Part shown: positions 20,829-31,581 of the stretch, piece after piece
How positions within the stretch are numbered: position 1 is the stretch's first letter
How the letters are laid out: the number at the start of each line of letters is the position of its first letter
Program-made: the position numbers and the translations under genes
NCBI RefSeq assembly: GCF_023585785.1
Contig: NZ_CP097765.1
Location: forward strand, 630,001-662,000
DNA from: Blochmannia endosymbiont of Camponotus modoc
Lineage (GTDB): Bacteria > Pseudomonadota > Gammaproteobacteria > Enterobacterales > Enterobacteriaceae
Direction of reading: 5' to 3'
Length of the DNA: 32,000 nucleotides
The notes under the pieces: generated by a model
What the model saw: only the letters and a program-made list of their open reading frames with translations
Databases searched by the model: none
What the model was told of the DNA's origin: nothing

Positions 20829-21731
20829 TTATCGTTTAAACTTAATTAATAAATCTTCAGCAAGGATAAAACCTAATTTTTCTGCTTGATCTAAAGGCGC
20901 TCTTCCTTCAGTACGAGTAATCTTGCTACCATCAGGTAATCCAATAAGCGCTCGTAGCCATATTTGATCCTCTTCAATTTCAGCATAACTAGCAATTGGT
21001 AAGTGACAATAACTTTCCAAATAAGTAGTAACAGCGCGCTCTGCCCTGACACGAAATGAGGTTTCTTGATGATATAATGGCGATAATAAGGATAAAATAT
21101 CAGCATTATCCGAACGGCATTCAATGGCTATAACACCTTGTCCCATTGCTGGTAATAGATCGGACGGATCAATATAAACACGAATGTACTCATGTAACTG
21201 TAATCGTTGTAATCCAGCTACAGCTAAAACTATTGCATCATATTGTCCATATTGTAATTTTTTTAATCTAGTATCTATATTACCTCGTAAGTTACTGACT
21301 ACTAGATCTGGGCGCTGCGCTCGTATTTGACATTGTCTACGTAAACTTGATGTACCTATTGTACTACCAATAGGTAACGTATCTATGTTAGGGTATTTTA
21401 AACTAACAAAAGCATCACGTGGATCATTGCGTTTACATAAAACTGGAAGAGTTAATTCATGCGGTAAAGGTACTGTAATATCTTTCATAGAATGCACAGC
21501 AATATCGGCACGAAAGTTTATTAATGCATGTTCTAATTCTTTAATAAATGCACCTTTTTTGATTTTATTTTTTGCATTAATATTTAAAAATTTATCTCCT
21601 GTTGTTACAATAGGTATTAACTCTATGCTTAATGTTGGATGATAACGTTTTAATTCATCATAAACATATTGAGCTTGACAAATAGCAAGTTGACTTTTTC
21701 GTGTAGCAATTTTTAAAATTTTAGTTTTCAT
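20829..21731 (-). CDS. hemC: Hydroxymethylbilane synthase (porphobilinogen deaminase)
   Basis: 300-aa ORF with IATRKSQLAICQAQYV, FIKELEHALINFRADIAVHSMKD, GTSSLRRQCQI, DAIVLAVAGLQRL and LLPAMGQGVIAIECR. Confidence 0.94.
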   Translation of the reverse strand: MKTKILKIATRKSQLAICQAQYVYDELKRYHPTLSIELIPIVTTGDKFLNINAKNKIKKGAFIKELEHALINFRADIAVHSMKDITVPLPHELTLPVLCKRNDPRDAFVSLKYPNIDTLPIGSTIGTSSLRRQCQIRAQRPDLVVSNLRGNIDTRLKKLQYGQYDAIVLAVAGLQRLQLHEYIRVYIDPSDLLPAMGQGVIAIECRSDNADILSLLSPLYHQETSFRVRAERAVTTYLESYCHLPIASYAEIEEDQIWLRALIGLPDGSKITRTEGRAPLDQAEKLGFILAEDLLIKFKR

Positions 21732-22798
21732 CAGTATAATTATGCCAAGACAATATGATTGTAATCTTTAATTAATTTAAATGTTTTTATATAACTATAT
21801 TGTAAGAGACCTTTGTTAAAAAATTTGTAAGATAAATAAATGTTTATTGCTTTAATTAATTTTAATTATTTTTTATAATTAAGTAATAAAAGTAATATGT
21901 TGCGTTCAGATTCTTAATCTTTATACAATTAAAACGTTTTAAGTAAATCATCAGCAGTTTTGTGGCGATATTGTATATCGTATACAATTATAGTATTTTG
22001 ATATTTAAAAAATTAATACTTAAATAAATATTATCTTCGATAAGTTATAGAAAAAGTTTTTTTGTATATTATCGCTTATAGTATTTCAATACTATCACAT
22101 TTAAAATTTTAATTTTTTATTATGTTTTTATAAATATTGAAAATAAAAAATTTTGTATAAAATGATTTGATTATTATTAATTACAAAATCTGTCTCATTT
22201 ATTTACATATGATACTTTAATGATTGATGAAAATAAAGAAGGTAACAGGTATTAATAATTCTGTGCATATAGATTATTCAGTATTTTTAGTTATTTAAAG
22301 TATTATCATTTTTGTTGTAATAGTTTAAAAGGATACTTTTTATAAAAAAGTGTACTGCTATAAACAATGATATTTTTATTTTAAATAAGAATATACCTTT
22401 ATTGATCATTGCAATGATAATCATCATTATGATTATTAAAAATTAATTTCAATAGATATATCAATTGTTATATAAAATTTATAAAATCTAAATAAATAAT
22501 TAAAAAGATAAACATTATAAAGTGTTTTTTTGTAAAGATGTTATGATGATCAAATAGATGTAAATCATTTTTAATTTGTTATTATCCAAAAGATATTTTC
22601 TAAACAGTATGAGCTATGTTCTTTTTTTCTATAATATAAGCAATGTTTTTATGTATTCTATTTTACAATGTAATCAAAAGTATTTGTATTTCTTTCAGAT
22701 GCTGCAATAAATATAATAAAATCAATAATAGTTGAGCGTAATACAATATTAAAACCATTTCCAAAGATCAGTGATGTGTGATGCTATGTGAGGAAGGT

Positions 22799-23623
22799 AT
22801 GCGATTTACCAAAATGAATGGGTTGGGCAATGACTTTGTCATCATAGATGCTATCACTCAAAATATACATCTTACTTCTGAAAATATCAGATATTTATCA
22901 AATCGATGTTATGGGGTTGGCTTTGATCAATTGTTAATAGTAGAACCTCCTTATGATCCAACAATAGATTTTCATTGTCGAATTTATAATGCGGACGGAA
23001 CGGAAGTAAATCAATGTGGTAATGGTATACGTTGTGTTGCGCAATTTGTCTGTTTAAAAAAATTAACTAATAAACAAAACATTCATATTAGTACCCGCAC
23101 TAATCGTATAATATTATCTATTATGAATGGCAATCGTGTATCTGTTAATATGGGGTCACCTATTTTTGATCCAAAACTTATTCCGTTTTATACATCACAA
23201 TATCAAAAAACTTATATTTTATTTTTGCCTACACAAGTAATACTATGTGGTGTAGTATCTATGGGTAATCCTCATTGTATTATTTTATCAGAAAAAATAG
23301 AAAACATCCAAGTTACTGCATTAGGGTCGGCATTAGAAGATCATCATTGTTTTCCAGAACGAGTCAATGTAAGTTTTATGCAAATTATTAACTGTAGTAA
23401 TATTCGATTACGAGTATATGAGCGCGGCGTAGGGGAAACGCAAGCTTGTGGAACTGCCGCTTGTGCGGCAGTTGCCGTAGGTATTCAACAGGGGTTATTA
23501 TATGAATCAGTAAACGTAATCTTACCTGGAGGTACTATATCAGTAAATTGGAAAGGGGCAAGTAATGCATTGTACATGACTGGATCAACGTCTTATGTAT
23601 ATGATGGATACATCAATTTATAA
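22799..23623 (+). CDS. dapF: Diaminopimelate epimerase (track ORF starts at 22778; the conserved start MRFTKMNGLGNDF is at 22799)
   Basis: MNGLGNDFVIID, NADGTEVNQCGNGIRC, GNPHCIILSE and GETQACGTAACAAVAVGIQQG, including both catalytic cysteines. Confidence 0.95.
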   Translation: MRFTKMNGLGNDFVIIDAITQNIHLTSENIRYLSNRCYGVGFDQLLIVEPPYDPTIDFHCRIYNADGTEVNQCGNGIRCVAQFVCLKKLTNKQNIHISTRTNRIILSIMNGNRVSVNMGSPIFDPKLIPFYTSQYQKTYILFLPTQVILCGVVSMGNPHCIILSEKIENIQVTALGSALEDHHCFPERVNVSFMQIINCSNIRLRVYERGVGETQACGTAACAAVAVGIQQGLLYESVNVILPGGTISVNWKGASNALYMTGSTSYVYDGYINL

Positions 23624-23795
23624 ACATACAATAAATCCACCAAAAATGTTTTACTGTTTTTAACTCACGCGTTTTATATTGAAACTTTATTTAGTATTTA
23701 ATTTTTATGCATTATATCCATATAATGCAGTGAGTATATACATGTTTCATTGAAAAAACAACGATTGTAATTTCATGACATTAAAGGTATAAATT

Positions 23796-24512
23796 ATGCA
23801 TGTTTACCGTACATTACAGCCTTTTCATGCTATAACTTTAGATTTAGATAACACATTATATGATAATTATCCAGTAATAAATCGTGCCGAAGAAAAGTCA
23901 ATATTGTTTTTGCAACAATATCATCCCGCATTATCTAAAATACAAAACAGGGATTATTATCAATCGCGTAAAATGCTTCAATGTATAGAACCAAATATTT
24001 GTCATGATGTAAATTATTGGCGTTGGAAATCTTTAAAGATAATTTTATTACAATCAGGATTAACTAAAAATGAAGCACAATTAGGCGCTGATTACGCTAT
24101 GGAAATTATTATACATTGGCGCAACAAAATCGATATTTCTCTTAGTACACATAATGTATTATCAGCATTAAGTTCTAAATGGCCATTAATTGCAATTACT
24201 AATGGTAATGCGAATCCTATTTCTTGTGGATTACAACAATATTTTCAAGATGTACTACGTGCTGGAATTAATGGTCGTGCTAAACCTTATAAAGATATGT
24301 ATTATTTAGCTTCGAAGCGTTTTGGAATATCTTGTAAAAATATTCTACATGTGGGAGATGATTTGCATACAGATATAAAAGGAGCAATACATGCTGGGAT
24401 GCAGGCTTGTTGGATTAGTCAATATAACTTAAATCAATTTTTTTCAGTTGATGCAACACTGTTACCACATTTGAAAATTTCAAAATTAATGTCATTAACA
24501 TATTTATTATAA
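23796..24512 (+). CDS. yigB: HAD-family phosphatase YigB-like (5-amino-6-(5-phospho-D-ribitylamino)uracil phosphatase family)
   Basis: LDLDNTLYDNYPVINRAEEKS, LIAITNGNANP, KPYKDMYYLA and ILHVGDDLHTDIKGAIHAGMQACWI. It is located between dapF and uvrD remnants, as in E. coli. Confidence 0.88.
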   Translation: MHVYRTLQPFHAITLDLDNTLYDNYPVINRAEEKSILFLQQYHPALSKIQNRDYYQSRKMLQCIEPNICHDVNYWRWKSLKIILLQSGLTKNEAQLGADYAMEIIIHWRNKIDISLSTHNVLSALSSKWPLIAITNGNANPISCGLQQYFQDVLRAGINGRAKPYKDMYYLASKRFGISCKNILHVGDDLHTDIKGAIHAGMQACWISQYNLNQFFSVDATLLPHLKISKLMSLTYLL

Positions 24513-24576
24513 ATGTTAATATTGTGTTGAATTTATATATCTATAGACAATTATTTACTATGTGTTGTAATATTTT

Positions 24577-26507
24577 ATGAATGTTTATAACATTCTTGAT
24601 CAATTAAATGATAAACAACAAGAAGCGGTAACTTCTAATGATCAAAATATATTGGTGTTATCTGGAGCTGGTAGCGGAAAAACTCGAGCATTAGTTAATC
24701 GCATTCTCTGGCTACAATTAGTAAAAAAATATACACCATGGTCAATAATGGCTATTACTTTTACGAATAAAGCTACTTCAGTAATGTGAAATCGTATACA
24801 ATTCTTAATTGGTGTTTAAAAAAAGTGATTTATGGATTAGTACTTTTCACGGATTAGCAAATCGGTTACTATGCGTTCATTACGTAGATGCAAATTTACC
24901 AAAAAATTTTCAAATCTTCGATAACAACGATCAAATTCAACTTTTGCAACAATTAATACGCTCACTAAACTTAAATGAAAACAAGTATAGCGTATACAAG
25001 CTATGCATTATATCAATAGTGAGAAAAATAAGATTCCAGATATTCCAAATATAAATATTAATAGCAATTCAATAAAAATGACATGGTTCCGAATTTATCA
25101 GTCTTATCAAGACATATGTAATCGTTCTGGATTAATAGATTTTAATGAATTATTGAAACGCGCATATATGTTATGTTTAAATTATCCGAATATTTTACAT
25201 TATTATCAAAAACGATTTGTTAATATTTTAGTGGATGAATTTCAAGATACTAATACGGTGTAATATGCTTGGTTACGTCTTTTATCAGGAGAAAATAATA
25301 ATTTAATGATTGTTGGCGATGATGATCAATCTATTTATGGTTGGAGAGGAGCGCAAATAAAAAATTTTCAATGATTTTTAGAAGATTTTACACGTGTACG
25401 GATTATTACATTAGAACAGAATTATCGCTCTACTAATAATATTTTAAGAGCTGCCAATACTCTCATTTGTAAAAACGACACACGTTTCAAGAAAAATTTA
25501 TGGACATGTAAAAATAAAGGAGATGCTATTTTTCTTTATTGTGTTCCTAATGTAATAGGTAAAGGCTATGTTTGTGAAAAATCATCTAATAGATTGAAAA
25601 AAAACGACATGGTTTGCTAAATGAGTACGCTATTTTATATCGAAATAATTTTCAATCTCATTTATTAGAAGAAATTTTATTAAAAAAAATATACCTTATT
25701 ACATACATGGAGGAATAGGATTTTTTTTGAACGCAAAGAAATTAGAGATATTATATCATAGCTTATTTAAAATTTATTGTTAATCAGAATAATGACACTG
25801 CTTATATGCAAATCATCAACACACTTAATAGAGGAATTGGTCAACGTACTTTAGAAGTTATTAAAAAATACGCTAATTTAAATCACTTGAGCTTCCGGGA
25901 AAGTAGCTTATTTATTTCAAAAAAAATTATTAAAGAAAGATCTGCTATTGCTCTAAAACAATTTATTATATTGATAGATTCTTTAAAAAATTACATGCCC
26001 ATCATATTGCCCTTGTATGAACAAATTTTTTATATTATTAGGAAGGTCGGATTATGGAATATGTATTAAAAATATATCAGCACCAACATATTGTGAACGC
26101 ATACAAAATATTGAAGAGTTTATAGCAATGAGTAAGCAATATAGTATGCTATCAGCATCAACGGTAAATACATATCCATTACAACAATTTTTATCGTATA
26201 TTTTTTTTAGAATTTGAAGAAAATTTATCTAGAACTTATTTAGATGCAAGTACAACTCATGACGCTACATGCTTCAAAAGGATTAGAATTTTCCAAAGTA
26301 GGGATTTGTTCAAATTATGTTTCTTTAACTAATAAAGAATTATTAGAAGAAGAACGTAGATTAATTTATGTCGGCATCACACATGCTATGCATACATTAA
26401 TAATTAGTTATTCAGAAACTCGTTATATTTACGGAAAAGAGATGATCATGCAATCACCATCTAGATTTGTTAATGAATTACCGATAGATTGTTTAAAAGT
26501 ATGTTGA
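24577..26507 (+). pseudogene. uvrD: Disrupted DNA helicase II gene
   Basis: Fragments in shifting frames match UvrD in order: [64 protein letters not shown]...[59 protein letters not shown] and EEERRLIYVGITHAM. In-frame stops occur at 24787 (TGA), 25261 (TAA) and 25372 (TGA), with several frameshifts. Confidence 0.94.
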
Positions 26508-26966
26508 TGTCACTCATCAAGAGTGAAGCCCTTTTATTCGTATAAACTTATATTGCTATTTTATTGAATTTTCAGAGAGTTATTAATCTAATCCTCATTA
26601 GAATTATTATATAATACAAATGTATCTATATTATTATTAAAAATATTTATAAATATTGACAATCTTTTTATTCTAGGCGTAACATGCCCGCTCTAATCTG
26701 CAGATTGTACTTATAATGTCTCAGTGAATAACATCTAACCGAGTATTTAAATAACTATCATAATTGAATTATATTTATTACCAAATAAATAAAAACTTTA
26801 CGAATTATTTGTACGTCATAAATATTTGATACGCAATGACGATCGTTTATAGCTATTTTGTCATGTTGTCGAAATTACATGGCATGAAAATGGCTATTTA
26901 TTATCTAATTTTATTTATTGTGATCTAATGTAGATTAATTTGTATTTTTTGAGGAAGCAATGATAT

Positions 26967-27911
26967 ATGTATAATATATTTCAATTAAAAAATAATCATT
27001 TATTTCGTATTAATGAAAAAGATAAAATATCATTTTTAAGTAATATTATTTGGATTGATATAATAGATTCACGTGGCGATGGGCATAATTATATACCAAA
27101 CATTTTGCTTCACCAAAAAATAAAATTTTTTGAACTGAAAGACATTAACAAGACTACACGTTTTTTTAAAGATAAAAATGGATTACATATTCATTCTTTT
27201 TTCTTTTCATATAATAGCCAAGAAAAAATAGATAACTCTAGTGTATTCTTTACCATCCATAATGGATGTCTATATACTTCGCGTAAAAAAGAATTTCCAG
27301 TATTTTGTATGTATCAAAAATATTTGCATAACCATTTGTTAATTAATGGAAATGCCTATGAATTATTATTAAATTTATTTGAGGTAAAACTTGATGACCT
27401 ATCAAATAAAATAGAACATATTTATTCTACTTTAGAAACATTGAGTTCTGTTATTATGAACGGACAACAAATCGATGAATACGATCATGCGCTTTCTGAT
27501 TTAGCTATATTGGAGAATATAGGGTGGAAAATTCGTGTTAATTTATTAGATACTGAAAGAGCAATAAAATTTTTAATACGTAAAGTAAAATTACCTGTAT
27601 CACAACAACAATATGCTAACGATATTTTAAGTGAAATCACATTGTTATTACCTCATAATGAATATGTATTTCATCAAATAAGTTCTTTAACCCAATCAGC
27701 AATGGGATTTATTAATATTGAACAAAATAGAATTATAAAAATTTTCTCAGTTATTTTTTTACCTCCAACTTTAATTGCATCTAGCTATGGAATGAATTTT
27801 AAATTTATGCCAGAATTACAATGGTCATTTGGTTATCCTAGTGCCATTATTTTAATGATTCTATCAGGACTTGCTCCATACATCTATTTCAAATATAAAA
27901 ATTGGCTATAA
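26967..27911 (+). CDS. corA: Magnesium transporter CorA
   Basis: 314-aa ORF with [33 protein letters not shown]-like [19 protein letters not shown], the signature YGMNF, and a C-terminal YFKYKNWL. Confidence 0.94.
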   Translation: [314 protein letters not shown]

Positions 27912-28278
27912 ATATCATAAATATAATTACAGTACATATATAATTTTCTAAAAAAATACTAATTTAATTAATATTAAATGTTTTGAAATTATATTTTCAT
28001 ATATATTTCAGCGCAAAGATACGATAAAAACTCAGTACATTTGAAAATTATTTATATTCATTTTCATATAATAAACTTATAAAATATTTGTAATAATAAT
28101 TAAATTTTATGCTTAAAAATTTTATTATATTTAATATACTGAAAAATTCATTCAATAAATTATTATTTAATAATAATGTCTATGATATATCAATTTTTGT
28201 TGATATTATGTCGTAATATATTGATATAATAACGGTTATTTTTGCTACATTTTAACAAAAAACAAAGCGAGGTAATAA

Positions 28279-29118
28279 ATGTTTCGCATCGTTGCGTCTG
28301 ATTTAGATGGTACCCTGCTAACACCGGACCACCGATTAACGTCTTTTACTAAAAAGATTCTAAAATTATTAACTACTCGTAATATTCATTTTGTTTTTGC
28401 TACTGGCCGGCATCATACAAACGTTATGCAAATACGTGATAATTTGAAAATTAATTCTTATATGATTACTTCTAATGGAGCTAGAATACATAATACTCAC
28501 GGGAAATTAATTGCTTCTTACGATTTAGCTACAGAAATTGTAGATGATTTATTACGAGTAGTACATCATGATTCTCAAATTATTACCAATATTTTTTATA
28601 ATGATAAGTGGCTCATCAACCGATCAATATCAAAACAAAATTGTTTTTATAACGGATATGAATCTAATTATCATATATATCAGAAAGATACATTGCCCTT
28701 GGATGGTATCTGTAAAGTATATTTCACTAGTAATAATTACACACGACTGTTGTCTTTAGAAAAGAAATTACATGCGCGTTGGAATAATCGAATCAATATT
28801 AGTTTTTCGCTCCCTACATGTCTTGAAGTGATGCCAGAAGGAGTTTCAAAGGGACATGCTTTAGAGCAAGTAGTTAAATTATTAGGTTGTCAACTAAAAG
28901 ATTGTATTTCATTTGGGGATGGAATGAATGATCAAGAAATGTTAAAAATGGCAGGAAAAGGCTGTATAATGAGCAATGCACAGCAAAGACTCAAAGATAC
29001 CCTTCCATTCTTAGAAATTATTGGCAGCAATAAAGATGATGCAGTGCCTCATTATTTACAATGTATTTATCATAATAAATGGTCTGATTCGTCATTAACA
29101 AGTGGTGTTTTAAACTAA
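28279..29118 (+). CDS. yigL: Cof-type HAD phosphatase YigL-like (pyridoxal phosphate / sugar phosphatase family)
   Basis: MFRIVASDLDGTLLTPDHRLTSF, FVFATGRHHTNVMQIRDNLKINSYMITSNGARIH, GVSKGHALEQVVKLLG and CISFGDGMNDQEML. Confidence 0.9.
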   Translation: MFRIVASDLDGTLLTPDHRLTSFTKKILKLLTTRNIHFVFATGRHHTNVMQIRDNLKINSYMITSNGARIHNTHGKLIASYDLATEIVDDLLRVVHHDSQIITNIFYNDKWLINRSISKQNCFYNGYESNYHIYQKDTLPLDGICKVYFTSNNYTRLLSLEKKLHARWNNRINISFSLPTCLEVMPEGVSKGHALEQVVKLLGCQLKDCISFGDGMNDQEMLKMAGKGCIMSNAQQRLKDTLPFLEIIGSNKDDAVPHYLQCIYHNKWSDSSLTSGVLN

Positions 29119-29555
29119 TATTTTTTATTAAAAATATTGTGGTTTTTTAATATTTTTTCGTTATTTGTCGAATAGTTTTATGAATTTACTACATGAGCTT
29201 TCGTGTTTGTATTGATGACTTTTATATATAATGAAAGCTCATAATATTGTTTTGAATACTTAATAAAATATGATTTTGCCTAATTAACAAAATTTTTAAA
29301 AAGTTATATTTCAAACAAAATACTGTATAAAAATAATTATTAATATATATTTTTTTAAAAAATTATAATTTTTGTAATTTCACTATAGTAAAATTAGCTT
29401 GTTGCACTTTAAGTGAAATAATAAATAAATGTATAAATTTTTTTATACTTAATTTTTAAAAAATTATTTATGCTAATTAATTTAAGAGGATCTACTAAAA
29501 ATTAAATTTAAAACATCCAAATATATTTATATAATAAAATAACTTTTCAATTAAA

Positions 29556-30149
29556 TCATACACATAAATAACTATGTATCCCATCAAGTAACATTTGAGT
29601 AGAAATCATTACTAATAGTAAACCCATTAACCTCTCCAATGCCCCGATACCTTTACTACCTAATAAACGAGAGAATACATTAGATAACATCAAAATTAAC
29701 ATAGATAATCCCCACGCAACAATTAATGCTAAAATTAAAAAATTGATTTTCTGAGGATATTGATGAGACAATAACAACAACGTTGCTAAAATTGAAGGAC
29801 CAGCGACTAAAGGGATAGCAAGTGGCACTAAAAAAGGTTCTTCTCCATCTGAAAACCCAGTATTATTCCCTTCTTCTGAAGGAAATATCATTTTTATGGC
29901 AATTAAAAACAACACAATACCTCCAGAAATTGAAACGGTTTCCGTGTGTAAATTAAGAAATATTAAAATATGTTCACCAACAAATAAAAATCCTAACATT
30001 AATAATAAAGCGATTATCATCTCTCTAATTATTATAATTTGACGTCGTTTTGGTTCTAGATCTTTTAATATCGACATAAAAATTGGTAAATTTCCGATAG
30101 GATCCATAATTAAAAACAATAGAACTGTAGCTGATATCATTTCATTCAT
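29556..30149 (-). CDS. yhgN: MarC-family integral membrane protein YhgN
   Basis: 197-aa hydrophobic protein with FLIMDPIGNLPIFMSILKDLEPKRR, IPLVAGPSILATLLLLSHQYP and GIGALERLMGLLLVMISTQMLLDGI. It is divergent from asd. Confidence 0.9.
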   Translation of the reverse strand: MNEMISATVLLFLIMDPIGNLPIFMSILKDLEPKRRQIIIIREMIIALLLMLGFLFVGEHILIFLNLHTETVSISGGIVLFLIAIKMIFPSEEGNNTGFSDGEEPFLVPLAIPLVAGPSILATLLLLSHQYPQKINFLILALIVAWGLSMLILMLSNVFSRLLGSKGIGALERLMGLLLVMISTQMLLDGIHSYLCV

Positions 30150-30314
30150 TATTATTTTCCTAAAAGTTATTTGTGTTTTATATACACTACGCTTTTTATA
30201 AAGTAAATTACAAAATATTATTACAAACGTATTACATCATATTACTTATAATACACGTGTGCCACATAAGATTACATATATTCTTGATACTTAATAATGA
30301 CTGCGAGATTGATA

Positions 30315-31421
30315 ATGAAAAATATTGGATTTGTTGGTTGGAGAGGAATGGTAGGTTCAGTATTAATGAATCGCATGAAAGAAGAAAATGATTTTAGCCA
30401 TTTTCACTCAATATTTCTCTCTACATCACAAATAGGAGAACATGCTCCAAACATTCAAGGATCACAAGAATTATTTTTACAAGACGCTTGTAATACCGAT
30501 CTGCTTAATTCTTTAGATATTATTATTACATGTCAAGGTAGTGCATATAGTAAAATTATTTATCCAAAATTGAGAAAAATCGGATGGACAGGATATTGGA
30601 TTGATAGTGCCTCATTTTTACGAATGAATGATGATGCGATTATTGTTTTGGACCCTGTTAATCAAGTATTGATAAAACAAGGTATAAATAACGGCATTAA
30701 AACATTTGTAGGAGGCAATTGCACTGTAAGTTTAATGTTAATGTCTTTAGGTGGATTATTTGCTCATAATTTAATCGAATGGGTTTTTGCCTCCACGTAT
30801 CAGGCAGCTTCTGGATGTGGAGCGCGTGCCATGCGTGAGCTGTTAATACAAATGGGCCAAGTGTACAATATAGTAACTGATTTGTTAACCTCCCCTTCAA
30901 TGGCTATTCTAGATATTGAACATATAATTACTAAATTTAGTAAAACTGATTCCTTATTAGTAGATTGCTTCAAAGTTCCTTTGATAGGCAATGTCATTCC
31001 GTGGATTGGTGATTATATGTATAATGGCCAAACTCAAGAAGAATGGAAAGGTCAAGCAGAAACTAATAAAATCCTCAATACTTCTAACATTATAACAGTA
31101 GACAGTTTATGCGTACGTGTGGGCTCATTACGTTGTCATAGCCAAGCATTTGTTTTAAAACTTAAAAAAGACATTTGTTTAACAGAAATAGAAGAATTAC
31201 TCCAATCTCATAATAAATGGGTAGAAGTTATCTCAAATGATGTTACGCAATCATTAAACAAATTAACTCCTGTTATGGTATCCGGAACACTCAAAATACC
31301 CATCGGTCGGTTACGCAAATTGCACGCAGGTAACAAATATATTTCAGCTTTTAGCGTGGGCGACCAGTTACTTTGGGGAGCTGCTGAGCCATTACGCAGG
31401 ATATTACGTCAATTACTATAA
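30315..31421 (+). CDS. asd: Aspartate-semialdehyde dehydrogenase (track ORF starts at 30297; the conserved start [14 protein letters not shown] is at 30315)
   Basis: [28 protein letters not shown]-like [10 protein letters not shown], catalytic region [35 protein letters not shown] and [15 protein letters not shown]. Confidence 0.95.
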   Translation: MKNIGFVGWRGMVGSVLMNRMKEENDFSHFHSIFLSTSQIGEHAPNIQGSQELFLQDACNTDLLNSLDIIITCQGSAYSKIIYPKLRKIGWTGYWIDSASFLRMNDDAIIVLDPVNQVLIKQGINNGIKTFVGGNCTVSLMLMSLGGLFAHNLIEWVFASTYQAASGCGARAMRELLIQMGQVYNIVTDLLTSPSMAILDIEHIITKFSKTDSLLVDCFKVPLIGNVIPWIGDYMYNGQTQEEWKGQAETNKILNTSNIITVDSLCVRVGSLRCHSQAFVLKLKKDICLTEIEELLQSHNKWVEVISNDVTQSLNKLTPVMVSGTLKIPIGRLRKLHAGNKYISAFSVGDQLLWGAAEPLRRILRQLL

Positions 31422-31581
31422 ATTGTATTTATTCTACAAAAAAATAGATTTACAAATATATAATTTAGGGATAATACAAATAGAAATGCAATTCTGAAAA
31501 TTTTAAACAAATCAACTCAATTATACAATAAAGTTATGGTTACTTTACTAAAAAAATTTTTCAAAATAAAAAATAAAATTG

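Noticed and set aside
20891-21642. ORFs 20891..21124 (-) and 21385..21642 (+) in hemC
   Set aside because: They overlap hemC. I considered whether the first signalled a hemC frameshift, but the hemC frame is continuous from 21731 to 20829.
22409-22440. Imperfect ATAATCAT/ATGATTAT palindrome considered as a regulatory site
   Set aside because: It has short arms of pure A/T-dominated sequence in an ~80% AT region and is easily expected by chance.
28568-28759. Plus-strand 63-aa ORF inside yigL
   Set aside because: It lies in an alternate frame of an intact HAD phosphatase.
30173-30997. ORFs 30173..30391 (+), 30697..30900 (-) and 30800..30997 (-)
   Set aside because: The first is AT-rich intergenic sequence running into asd; the others are antisense to asd. 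None has supporting similarity.
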